A stretch of DNA of 59,348 nt, the filler included, from Platydemus manokwari (Eukaryota): NCBI GenBank assembly GCA_037951405.1. It is 6 parts of 6 records of this genome, joined end to end, with 100 filler letters (N's around TTAATTAATTAA, not from the genome) between each part and the next. Parts side by side here need not be neighbours in the genome. Positions count along the whole stretch, not along the records: positions 20,431 to 29,953 come from JBBMOY011237320.1; positions 30,054 to 39,135 come from JBBMOY011302428.1; positions 39,236 to 49,385 come from JBBMOY011163324.1; 3 more parts are not named here. One strand, 5' to 3'. Of the stretch, positions 26,266 to 39,259 are shown one piece after another. Each line of letters starts with the position of its first letter. The first letter of the stretch is position 1. The notes beneath the pieces were generated by a model. That model saw only the letters and a list, made by a program, of their open reading frames with translations. It was not told where the DNA came from and made no database searches. The position numbers and the translations under genes are program-made.

Positions 26266-29200
26266 CAATAAGAAATTAATAAAACAAATTGTTAAATTAC
26301 TTTTTGACATGACCTACACTAACTCCTATCTGACTCCAAATCAAAAACAAGAGTTTATCATTGATTAAAACTTTATTTTTTATATAATATAGTTAATTAA
26401 TAGTTGTACTTTAGTTATAGCTTAAGACTTAGTAGTTAAGAGCGCGACGCTTTGTCATTTGAGGCTCCTTGTGTAGAAGATTTCTCAATAAATTATTATC
26501 ACAAAATGAAAATTGACATTTTAATTTACTGTAGAATTCCATTGGGCGATAATATAATTCCTTGATTAATTCTGAATCTGGTTTCCATAATTACTCAAAT
26601 TCATTTATTTTTTAAACGTCTGTAACTAGAATAATTTTTTCTTATATTTAATATATCATATTTTCCTCTTATTTTTCATTTCAAAACAGTATTTTTATCA
26701 TTGTTTTAATATTATATTGTTCTAATATATTATATTGCGATGAATAAAATCAATTGCCTTAATAACTCTAGTTATATGTCTAGACTCGACGACAATAAAT
26801 TTATAAATTATATTATTTTATTGTTGTATAATAAGCCTTCTTTCGCTATATAGTTGAATGTTTCTGAAGACAACTAGCCCCTGTATCGACACTTTGAACT
26901 TTAACTTTTATAGTTTGATTCTTACATGATTATGTGCTCGGTTTGAGAATTTGATTAAAGTAAATATATGATACGAAAATTTAAGCAAATTATAGACTAA
27001 AATTATAATTAACTAAACCAGTAGGAATTGGCCATTATGAAAATAGTATAATTAGTGGATCAATTCAACCAGAAAATTAGTCTAAGAATTTGATAAATTA
27101 GCTCAGTGAATCACAGGGCTTTAAAGCTGATTTTGAAGCCATTTTTAAAGTTTCAGCAAGCCTTCATAAATTAGTTCAAATATTGATTTTTGAGAGTGAT
27201 AACGTTAAAGAATTTAATTCGAAAAAATTTTAAAGGTGTGATAACAAATTGTTTATATAAATTATATATTTAGTAATTGAAAGCCGTCGATTTTAATTGT
27301 TCTCTCTAATCGATCCTTTTTTCTTTTTAGTGAATATTTGTGTAATATTTTGCTCTAATTTTGTGGTATTGCTGAATTTATAAATCTCAACAAATCGTTT
27401 AGTGTTCTGAATTGGGGGTAAATATAATTTCAAACTTTCAAAGGTAATCTATGTGGTATATCGAGAGCCGAGTGAGCCGTTTGTTACAAATGATAGATTA
27501 AACTCAATGGATTTAAATTTCTGCCATTGAATCTCTTGTGAAATTGACTCAGATTAATTGTATTTTTCGAGTTAATATCTTATTCAACTAATGTTGTGTT
27601 TATTAATAAATAATGGGGCTGTTTTCTTGGGCCATATCTTTTTCTTACGTTTTTGTAGTTCATTACATCTGCTACCGTTTTATTTAATACGAATTGAAAA
27701 TGAATCTAAGAAAGTCAATTTTCACCCAAAACAGTAGGATATTGCTAAATTTAGAAACTGACGTATTAAGACTTACTAAAAATCAATGACAAGCAAAAAA
27801 TAGGTATGTAATCACAAAAAATAGTATATAAGCAAGCATTTACATTCATTGTTTCTACATAAATTTACGAATTCTCACATTATTCTTATGAAAGTTAACT
27901 TTATTTTGTATACAACCAAAATTCAAATTTATTTTGAAAATACTTTTTGTAACTTTCAATGAATTAACATCGAATTATATTTTCCAATTATCTAAATATT
28001 TTGGCAATAAAGCTATTTCCATAGCCTAGTGATTAATCTATATAAAAATAAGAGACTTATCTTTCGAAGTTCTCCACCTTAATTTTTTTATGAGGACATC
28101 TTGCTATCTAGTTAGGTATTCTTGAATAATAATTTTGTCAACTTAAAATATTTAAAATTCACTTTTTGTAGTGCTGTTGAATATTTGAATGTTTTCATTT
28201 ACTTTATTTAGTTCATTTTATTATTATATATTATTTTTCAGGTGAGCAAGCAATTTTGGCACTTAAATTATTTATATTATAGTTTATTATAAAAAACAAC
28301 AATCTTACTTCTAAAAAAGTTAGATTTAAGTTCGGGAAACAACTATAGAATATGATGTAAATCGCAACCTTCATTTTTATAGAATTTCAATAATTGGCTT
28401 ATCGTTTATTGCAACTTTTATTAACAAATCTAATTGATGGTCAGATATGGAAACTAAAATTAGCCACGCATGTGAAAGTATTTACTAAGAAGGTCAATAT
28501 ATTAGTGGAATTTAATGTGTCTAACGATTTAACTGTAAAATCTTAAAAAAATAACTAAATATTTTTATATCTCCTTTTTAATGTTAAAACAAAATTTTTT
28601 ATTATATAGTATTGAATTAGTAATCAGATTACAGACTGTCAATTATGTGCGTTTAGGCTTTTGTATAAGCTTGAATAACTATTTCTATTCAATTCCGCAA
28701 GAAAGAGAATGTCTAAGAAATAGTAACTTAGAAAGACACCAATGGCGCAGTGAGTTAATAATTCCCTTTCGGGAATTATTACGGCATTAATTACAATAAA
28801 AGTTTACTCTTGATAGCTGAATATCTTTTGTAGAGAGTAGCTTGAATATTTTTCAAAGTTTTTTCCGTTGTTTTTCTACCCACTTTTTTGTTTTGTTCTT
28901 ACTACTACTACTCTGACTATTTATATAGCTCCATTTACATGCTTGATTCTTTGAGAATTCGCTTATTATTTTCCGCACTACTATTTATTATTCATTTAAA
29001 ATTATCATTGTTTTGTGACACTCGTGCTAAAACGGTAACCTGATAGTTTCCATTGGATCTAATTAATATTCATTTAATAACTTTTGCTTATTTCAGTTTG
29101 TATTTTTTTTCAATATAATTTAATTTTATTTCAAGTTAATTTCTAACGCTGTATTTATTCGAATGTATCTGTTAACAATTTACTGTATTGTGTAGTAGTT

Positions 29201-29953
29201 TTATTTTCAATGCTTTGATAACTATAAACTTTACTATTACTATTTTACGAGATATCGATTGTGTATTAACTGTATTAAGGATAAAAGAGAATAAATCTAT
29301 TAAATAGTTAGAATATTGGAATTTTTTTACTCTATAGTTCTAGAGGTTTCGTTATTCTGTACGAAATGGAAACTACCGGTAAATATGAAATTTTCTATAG
29401 GTGATTTTTAGATGAATGGATGCAGCGAGATGTGACTTTATGCAAAGTTGACCTTGACTAAACCAAAATGAAATTTAAAATACTGAGTTGTACATCAGCA
29501 ATGATAAACACGCTCCATATGGTTTTAAATATGATTTATTTTAGAAAAAAATTAAACAGTTGAATAAATAACATAAATTTACCCAAAGATACTTGAAAAA
29601 TTACCCAAGAAGATACTCAGTTTAATTATAACAATTGATATTATATAAAATATCAACTTTAGTACTAGGAAATTATCGAATGTAATGTGTAATCAATTTA
29701 CTCTCTAAATACTTTCTCAATTAATTTAGTTTTGAAATCATCTGTTATTCAAGGGTATATGTTACTCGTCCATCGGTATTTATTCCACGACATAAAATGC
29801 AATCAATTGATCAAAATTCTACATATTTTGATTAGCATATTTCGTTCTCCTTTGATCAATAATGTAAATTTGTATTGTGCATTATTCTGAGTGTGATTGT
29901 GATTTTTACAGTGATTTTATCGAATCAGATCATACGAAATTCTTTTAATTATT

Positions 29954-30053
29954 NNNNNNNNNNNNNNNNNNNNNNNNNNNNNNNNNNNNNNNNNNNNTTA
30001 ATTAATTAANNNNNNNNNNNNNNNNNNNNNNNNNNNNNNNNNNNNNNNNNNNN
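29954..30053. other. Artificial contig-join spacer
   Basis: 44 N + TTAATTAATTAA + 44 N. Confidence 0.97.
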
Positions 30054-30581
30054 CAATAAATTATTTAGGTATTTATGTTATATCAACTTTAAATTCAATT
30101 GGAAAAACCAATTAAAGTTTTCAGCACAGTGTATCAATCCGTAATTTATCTTAATGTTGAATTTCCATGATATATTCAATTGATTCATTCTCAACTTTAA
30201 TATAATAATTTTTGAAATTCTTTGAAAATATCCAAAGAATTAATAGAAATTATGGCAAATAATTAATAAATAATAAATGCATGTATTAATACAAAAAGTA
30301 GAAAAATGTAATTTTTTTGATAATTGTGATATCAAACTTATTATTTGTCAAATTAATCAATGTAACCAGAAGTAATAGGAAAATTATTTTGAAATTGGAC
30401 ATAAATAATTTAAAAAAATTATTTTTAAAAATAATATAGTTTTCTTTGTTTAATACTATTAATTTAATTTAAATTATATAAACAATTAACTTAAAGAGGG
30501 TGCGTTTATTATTATGCATTTATTTTTTATCGATAAAAATTTATGTGAAAATCATTTGTATTTATAATATTTGTTATAAAA

Positions 30582-33500
30582 ATGGAATTAGAAAATATAG
30601 TTGCAAATACGGTGTACATAAAAGCAAAAGAAAGTATGGAAATGTATGCTTTATGAAATGAATCATTACGCCATAAATAATTTAGGTGGTTCAAATAAAG
30701 ATAAAGGTAGAAGCAAAAAGTGGAGAGAATTATTAAAATTTCCCCACATATCTGACTGTGCTAATTTACTTCATGAAATCGGTAAGTTTTAAATTGAATT
30801 TTCTTTTCGTTTATTTAGTTAATTAATCACGAAGAAAATTAAATTCTAAAGTAATAGGTTTTAAAACTTATTTATTTGACTTGTAAACTATACTCCTAAG
30901 TTAATAAATTAATATGTTTATAATATGAAAATAACTTAAAAATTATTTTAAGTTAAATTTTCATTATAGCATCAGATTTAATAAAGAAATTACAGTATAG
31001 TATTTAATATAATTTAAGATTAATAACATTTTGATTTTGTGATCTTCAATTTTTGAGTATTTATTAATGATATAGTTTTTATGTCATACTATTTAACTAC
31101 TTACCTATGATTTTTCAGTTTGAGAAGTGTGTTATCATATTATATAAGGCTTTTATAATGTGTGAAAATTCAATATTAATGTGTTACAGTACTATTTGAT
31201 AAGTGTAAATATGTAGATGTGAATGATATATTTCATACAGGATTGAGTAACAGTATTACATAATCTATTGTTTCCGAAATTGAGTTACAAAAATAACATT
31301 TTTATTTAAGGAAATCTCCCACATTTTATGTAAATTTCATTGTCATGATTTTTAAATCGTATTACTTATTCTCTTGACTCGATAACCCTTTGGAAAGGGC
31401 ATTATTGTAAGAGTTAGAACTTTCAAATAGTCTAGGAATGAAAACCTTTTCGAATGTTAGCAATCCTTATCTTTGTTAATTCTTATTATTTAGCTTTTCC
31501 GCTTCTCTTTTTTCTCTCAATATTTATCGAAGACCTTAATTGTGGTTATCTGTAAAGAAATAAACATGTCATAAAGGTGACCAATGTTCAAGCTGGTATG
31601 TGATTACAAAGTTGTATTGATAAGTTAAATTCGAATCTCTTTGATTGATTGTGGATAAAACTCTCGATTTGGTACTTTCTCAGTGTTCTGAAACCATAAA
31701 ATACACGAAGCAATGGTAGATGGAAAGCTTTTAAATTAACTCACACAAAAGCTGTCCTAAGTAATAATAATATTTTAGATAAATGAAACCTTTCAATTAT
31801 AAACCAATTTTTAATAATCCAGCAAAAATAAGATAGAAATATGAAACCCCAAATGGAAATCACATTTTATTAACACGCATAAGGTATTTTATTTTCATGA
31901 CTTCGAAACATTTCTTCTGAGGAAATCTTCGCGTTTATGGATTTACAAACGGTATTACAAAAATATTATGAAATAATAATTTCTGGTCTAATTTTACTTA
32001 TAATCCTTGCCAGAATAGCTTCATGACTTAATTTTTTTTTAAAAAATGGATCTTGTCATTATGGGTTATACGTAAAATTGAAATTAGATAACAAGATGGT
32101 TGAACCTTATCTTTTATAGATAGTTCAGCTAATTTTAAAATATTTTGAGATATTGGCAATGGACTAAAGATAGAAGCTGATTTTACAATCTTTCTTAAAG
32201 TCGATGCAGTTTATGTGATGGAATTTATCATTCAAACGAAATATGAGATCAAAGCATCTTAAACGTTTTAACATGGACTTATTAGACACCAGAAATGGTA
32301 GTAAAAGATTTGTATTCGGAATTTAATCAATTTAGTTATTCATTGTTGGATTCTGAAATGATATTCAGTCTTTGGTTATTTTTTTTCATGATTTATTTCC
32401 TGTTATTATAATTCTCGTACCAAGTTAAAGTTTGATATTTAATTTTGGCATCTAAATAATTATATTTTCCTTTCTGTTCTATGAAATAATGTTTACACAA
32501 TTTCGATTTCTTTTAAAATGAACGCAAATTCATAGAAGCCAACTCATTTGCTGTGCGTTATTTTATTGAAAGTTTCTCTGCCAATTTCGACTTGACTTTG
32601 ACATGATAAATTGGTGTCTTTAATTCAATAAATAAAAATTAAATCCTTGTAATTGAAATTGAAGTTTCTTTGCTATTGTTCTTTACCGTTAATATTTCAA
32701 TTTCAAGAATGGAGTTATGAAAAGCTAATTAGTTGAAGGTACTAATGGGACCAATATCTTGTCTCGACTTCTTATTAAAGAAAGCAATTGGGAAGATGAT
32801 TCTAAATAAATTTGTGTCTATATTTTTATGATGATTTTTTAAAAGTTTTATGTAAAGAAATCTATTTTTAAAGTATTTAAAATTTTGAAGAATATCATTT
32901 TGGTGATCTTTAATCATCAAAAAGATAAATTATTACTGATCATAATGCAATCAAACATTCGTGCAACACTTAACATACGTGTTGCATCATGAAATACAGG
33001 TATTTTCGTGGAAATTAACGGGTTTCTTAGTTACACTGATATCGAATATTAATAATGGGTATAGGCCGATTTCCCAAAGTATTACACTAATATTACACGC
33101 TGAAATGACTATTTATTTTATTAGCAACAGTATGGATTTTGAGTGCTTAGACGTCGTAAAATGACAATCCCGACGTATTGTCCATCGATAGACCTGTTTC
33201 ATAATAATTTCTGCTCATCAGTATCATATAAGATTTCTAATCCATCATTAAATATTTCACTTATTGATCTATTTAAATCAACGGTAACTTAAGTTAATCG
33301 CTTGGACTTTGGTACTTTCTGTAATTACACTTTGGTTTCATACTAATCGTATATTTCACAATATTCCGATATGAATTTCAATTGATTAGAAAATCATGTT
33401 TAGCTTTTATCTAAAAATTTATCATTCATTATGCTTATTTGTTTATGTTAATAAATATATTTATTTATATTTTTAACAAAACCAGGCATCTTTTGAACTT

Positions 33501-34745
33501 CTTGAATATCAAGTAGAAAAAATAAAAACAAACATTGTCTGTTGTTTATTCTTTTTCCCTGGGTAGAAATCAACACTGGATATTTCATCAGAGTTGAATA
33601 TATTTCCAAAAATAAATTTTTAAGGCTAAATTTCAATTTTTTACTTTGCGGCAGTGATTGTCACAAACCAAGATTCCATGGAACCCAGGAGGTCCGTGAG
33701 ACTAGACTAAGAAGATCGAGAGCCACTTGTGCCCAACTCGTTTCCAGGGACTGTATATTCAACAGTTTTTTTGCACGATAATGTTCTTCACAATTTTTCT
33801 CCAAAAGCTTTTTCGGTTACTTGTCTTAGGGGCAAAGAAATATATAGCTGAATGAAAGCTAGAAAGGATATTGTCATTTATATTTTTGTCAAACATAGGA
33901 CTTAATTCGCTCTCACCTTTTTTATGAGATCATGTTTTCACAGTGTCCTTTAAGTGCAGATATTCTTACTTCCTGATCAATGATTGACAATGGATCCCGC
34001 GCCAAAATGAGTGTTGTAAAGCGTTCCTTAGCCACGCAGGTTGACAAACATTGATTTAAGGTCTTTTTTATACCACAATAATGTGATAAAATCTGGAAAA
34101 TTTTCCATGTTGCTATGGAAACATTTAATAATAATTACGACGAATTATTTATTTAAATTCGATTAACACAATAATATACAGTTATTATTTATTTCTGAAA
34201 TTGCTCTTTAGATGATTTTCTTTTCAGCGCGATCGATGTTTTGTTGGGATAACTAGTTGTGTAAAGTACATCAGTTATCAAATAGCAATATATTTTTTCA
34301 TTTGTTATGTAGTATTTTTCCTAACGAACCGGTGTATTTGTTAATGTGAAAATATTATTTAGGAATCACAGCCTCATTTTTTGACATGCATGCACACATG
34401 TATGTGTGGAAGTGTCTGTATTTTAAATTTGTTCTGAGACAATTATGAGATCTGCAACAGTATTTTATATGAACATGAATAACTTTTCTTTCATATTTAT
34501 TCTGTTTCTATAATCATTCAACACAATTTATTTCTATCGTTTTATGATCTTCGCCCGTTTTTGTTTTTTCTTCTGCGCTTCATATTTTATTCCAAGTGAA
34601 ATTTTCTTTATGATATTTGTTTTTCTATTTAGATCAATCTTACGATTATATTGTGGATAATCAGCCCATCGGGAAAGAATTGTTTTGGGAATTTTGTAAA
34701 AGCAAAGAAGATATTAAGTTTTTGGTTGACTTTTTTGATAAAACA
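30582..34745 (+). CDS. G protein-coupled receptor kinase, GRK4/5/6 (Gprk2-like) subfamily, first three exons only
   Basis: Exons 30582-30633 (52 nt, [17 protein letters not shown]), 30686-30781 (96 nt, [19 protein letters not shown]) and 34633-34745 (113 nt, [19 protein letters not shown]). Phases match. No further exon was found before the gap. Confidence 0.93.
33652..34053. mobile_element. Non-autonomous hAT-like element in GRK intron 2
   Basis: Imperfect inverted ends CAGTGATTGTCA / TGACAAACATTG. The 8-nt flanks CTTTGCGG and ATTTAAGG match at 5 of 8 positions. Confidence 0.5.
34109..34122. promoter_or_regulatory. RFX X-box motif
   Basis: GTTGCTATGGAAAC is a full match to the GTHNYYATRRNAAC consensus. 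Function not shown. Confidence 0.4.
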
Positions 34746-37700
34746 GTAAGATATTTGTTTGAAATAATTATTTTCACGAAAGATTAGATTTTATAAAATT
34801 ATAAAATTCATGATAATGATTTATTGTTTAAAATTTATGGATTGCTAATAAATTATTGATTACAATAATATGATATTATATTTGACATATATTATATAAA
34901 TATTTAATATAAAGAAACTATGTTTAAATCCAAGAATCTCTTTAAAGACTCTTAAAAATTGCACGAATGGAAATATATTTTTGAAATCACAGTAAAAGTA
35001 TTTTTTTTATTAAAGAATTTTTATTATATATAATGATAAATACAAGTTTTAAGAGTTCCCAAATTCATGATCGATAAATGTGTTATTTCTATCATATATT
35101 CGCAGTTTTCCGAATTTTTCGGAAGCGATAAATGAAATGTTCTTTCTCATTTAGCACCTTTATTCATTCATCTACATATTAATGTTTCATAACCCTATCC
35201 ATCACTAATATAATTCCTAAAGTCATTTTTTCATCCAATGGACTTCTTTCATAAAATATATATTTTTTCAAACAAGAAAGTATTTTTCCAGTTTTTCCTA
35301 TCTTTCATTATAAAATTAGTTTAAAAACTCATCTTCAACCCCAGAAATTGTTAAATATTAAAAAATATCTTTCATTGATATAAATGTCATATTGGCACCT
35401 AAATAAAAAAAAACAAAAAACCAATACGTATTTATAAACAAAGTTAATTCAGATAGCCATAATAAATTAAGACTTCTAAAACTAAAACCTTTCCTAATAT
35501 GGGTTCTATCATCACTCGCATTCTATTTTCCACGTCCGATAATAATTGCAATGCTATATTGGTACATTATTTCTTTAGTAACAATGAATATCTAATGTTT
35601 ATAGCATTTGTATCCATATGAAATATCTAGGTGTGTAACATCAGTGACATCTTTATTTGATTCAAAGAATTATATGGGTGCATGATCTAAAATAATAAGA
35701 ACTATAGGTTGGTTAATATAATGTATTATTATTGATCAAGACATATATTATCAGTAGTGTTTCAGTTACAAATATATTACTGATAAAATAAATTAATCCA
35801 TTTACACTTCATTACATATAATATTGAATTCTAACCAATATCCTCATTATATATAAAATCTGTCTGATGATTGTTTCATTTTCATGTAATTTATTTTGTT
35901 CCTTACAAATAAATTAAAGCCTTGAATTGTTTAGAAATAAAAATTTATATATAATTAAAAATATGCTAGTATAAATATTTCAAAAATCTACATAATTAAA
36001 ATATAATCTCTTCAATCCTTAAATTTAATACATCAAACAAAAATGAATTAAAATTTTCACAAGACTTTTTATTTGCAAACGACACTCAGACTTGTAAAAT
36101 TTTAAATGTAATGAGCACTGCTTGAGTCGCAATGTATCAATTTCTTCCTCTTTTGCTCTTTCCAGTGAAATTCTTTTGATAACACATACACATACACATA
36201 CACACACACAACATTGTTTACTAATATTTGTCTTTATTTATCAAAATGAATTGAATCCATAATGATTCTGGGTTAATTTTTAATTGAAAACTGACGTTAA
36301 TTTTTCTGGTTTATATTTCCATAAATTTTAATTATTCCTAAAAATCATTGGCTTTATTCACAAATTATTCCGATAATTTCAAATAATAATTATCATAATA
36401 ATAATCATCATCATTAAATACACCACTGGCAAAAATTTATATATTCATTATCAACTTTCTTTAATTGGAAAATTAATTTTTTGCGAACGTAAATAATTGA
36501 TTGAATCTAAATAAGAAGATTTTTGTCAAGCAGCTGCATAAATAATCCACTGTAAAGAATCCATAAGAAATCATATTATCGCATTCATTCGTAAATTTGT
36601 TTCTGAATTTATCTCAAGAAACAATCACTTATTAAATTAATTTCAAAGCTATTTTTTTAAATAAACAAGGTTTACGTGAATTGGATTTGTGTGTTTTTAC
36701 AAACACTATCACATGGGTATATTTATTGAAATATAAGATGTTTCAGAAAAATTTAATCGATCATTACATTTATTTTTCATAAACATCATTATGTTGTTAC
36801 ATGCTGATGGTGCATCGAAGTTATTCAAGATTAGTTGAATAAAATAATCAATTTCTCGGTGAAAGTGTTTTGGAAAAATAAATAATGTCCTTTCCAATAA
36901 TATTTTCTTGATTTCACTGTAGTTCTGACATTTTATCTCGTTCAGAAAGATTTTATAATTATTTACCAATAATAAATTATTATTAATATTTATGATAAGT
37001 ATTTTTTTGGGAAATTTAAATAAAATTTATTGATGTGACTCTTTTATTGTCTGGAATATCAATTCATAAAATTTCTATGATAAATGTTCATTGAATATTA
37101 TTCTGATTCTTTTTTTCTCAGAATTTTAAATTATCATGGAACATTTTCCCAAAATAATTTTGACAATCCAATTCATCATTGAGTTGGTAGTGTATTAATA
37201 AAGTTAAAATAAATTTAAATCTCGCAATTTCACTATTTTAATAATAATAATAATAATAAATATTTATTAACAAAACAAGAGTCTTAGAAACATGTAAGTC
37301 ACTGACGTAGCTGGAGCATTTTGTTGGCAATTGATCCGAGTAATCATAAATTTTAATAATGGTTGTTATATCATTGTGGTAATTTATAGATAGGCTAAAA
37401 TATAGAAGAGGTCTTAAAATAAATTTTTTAATTTGTTGTTTGTATTGCAAAAATATATATATAATTTATTTAATTATATTCTTTAAAAACATTTTGAATT
37501 TTTGATTTAAGTTCTTCAGAAGAATTTTAATGGTTTGAAATCAAATATTAAATATGCTAGAGCTACAAAATCTTTTAAAATGGATTAGTCAAGATCAAAT
37601 AGCAATTTATTGAAAATTAGCGAGGAACCCTTTTCAAACATTAGAATTAAATTGAGAGATAGTTCAAATGTTTACAATTATTTGATAATTTTTTACAAAA

Positions 37701-39064
37701 CAAGGAATAGTCGGGTGTTAAACATGTCATGAATTTCCTAAGTTCATTTTTAAGTTAATATCTTTTAATTTACGTAATTAAAAAGATCTCGTAGAAGTGT
37801 TATGATTAAATAAGAACTTGGTTTAAAAACTATGTTTTGTCCCTATTAGACATCCTAAAAATGAGATTTTAACTGAATTATACATAATAAATCAAACAAC
37901 GCAATCATATAAAAAATTAAGTTATAAAATTATCTTATGCGCGAAAATTCATTATTACGAAAGTAGGTCAAAGAACTTCTTTTCTTAAATTAGCCAAATT
38001 ATGAAATATATAAATAGCACCTTGGTAACAATATGATTTTTGTAAATAATTAAAACAAAATTATTTAATATTACTGACTTCATTTAAAAACAAATAATTA
38101 TGTTAATGATAAATTTTCACCCATCAATGGATTGTATCGCGTAACCTATTATTATATTTGTATTCTTATAAAGGCATTGATTAGCGAAATTAAATCATAA
38201 TTTACCAGTGCCAGCTATATTTAATAAAACTTGAAAAATATAAGTAAAATTAAAAATAAATTCATCATAATCAAACATTTTCATTTAGATAAAGGGGGAA
38301 AAATAATTCAATCAAAAAATATATCACCAAAAAATAATTAATAAAAAGCACGATTCGAATATTATTTTATTAAAAAATTAAACAACCCGTATCTACATCA
38401 GATGGGAATGTTTTAATTGAGAAACATTGATCAAATTATCCTGATTTTCTTTACAATCAGTTATCGTGGTGTGTTGAAAATCAAATTAAAATTATTCGTT
38501 CAACTAAACGTTTCTGGCAATAGGCGGTCTTTAAAAAGTTTATTTTCCTTAAAGAACTCATGAATCGATTAATATTTGTAAAAAAATCAAATCCAATACT
38601 TCGTTGTCAGAGTTTGTTCTATATATCTGATTTCATTTCGCGCCAATCTTACAGAATGTCAAAGGAATTATATATCAATTCACCTGCTTCTCGGAACTGG
38701 TTCGAAAAACACATCAATTTCGTAATTTCCAACTCTCATTTTCCGTTGTTAATATTTTTCAGAATAATATTGAATGAGAGATGGGAAATAATGCTTGCTG
38801 AATGATCAGAATTTTATTACTGCGGAAAAATTCCTTCAACAGAAAATCTAGACAATTCCATACCAAACGAAAACTGGGGAATGCGTATTGCTAGCGGCAA
38901 TAATTATTTCATGCAGTAAAATGAAAAAAACTTATTAATTTACAGAATAGCAATGCGAAATATGTTTTATCCATAAAGTATTGTGTATTCATAAGAATAA
39001 TTATTCGGAAAAAACGTCGATAAATTAATCGTGAATCTGATGATACAAAATGTATTTTATTTTG

Positions 39065-39135
<71 letters not shown>
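39065..39135. repeat. (AAT)n microsatellite at contig end
   Basis: Read directly. Confidence 0.95.
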
Positions 39136-39235
39136 NNNNNNNNNNNNNNNNNNNNNNNNNNNNNNNNNNNNNNNNNNNNTTAATTAATTAANNNNNNNNN
39201 NNNNNNNNNNNNNNNNNNNNNNNNNNNNNNNNNNN
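39136..39235. other. Artificial contig-join spacer
   Basis: 44 N + TTAATTAATTAA + 44 N. Confidence 0.97.
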
Positions 39236-39259
39236 TATATATATATATATATATATATA
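39236..39259. repeat. (TA)n microsatellite at contig start
   Basis: Read directly. Confidence 0.9.
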
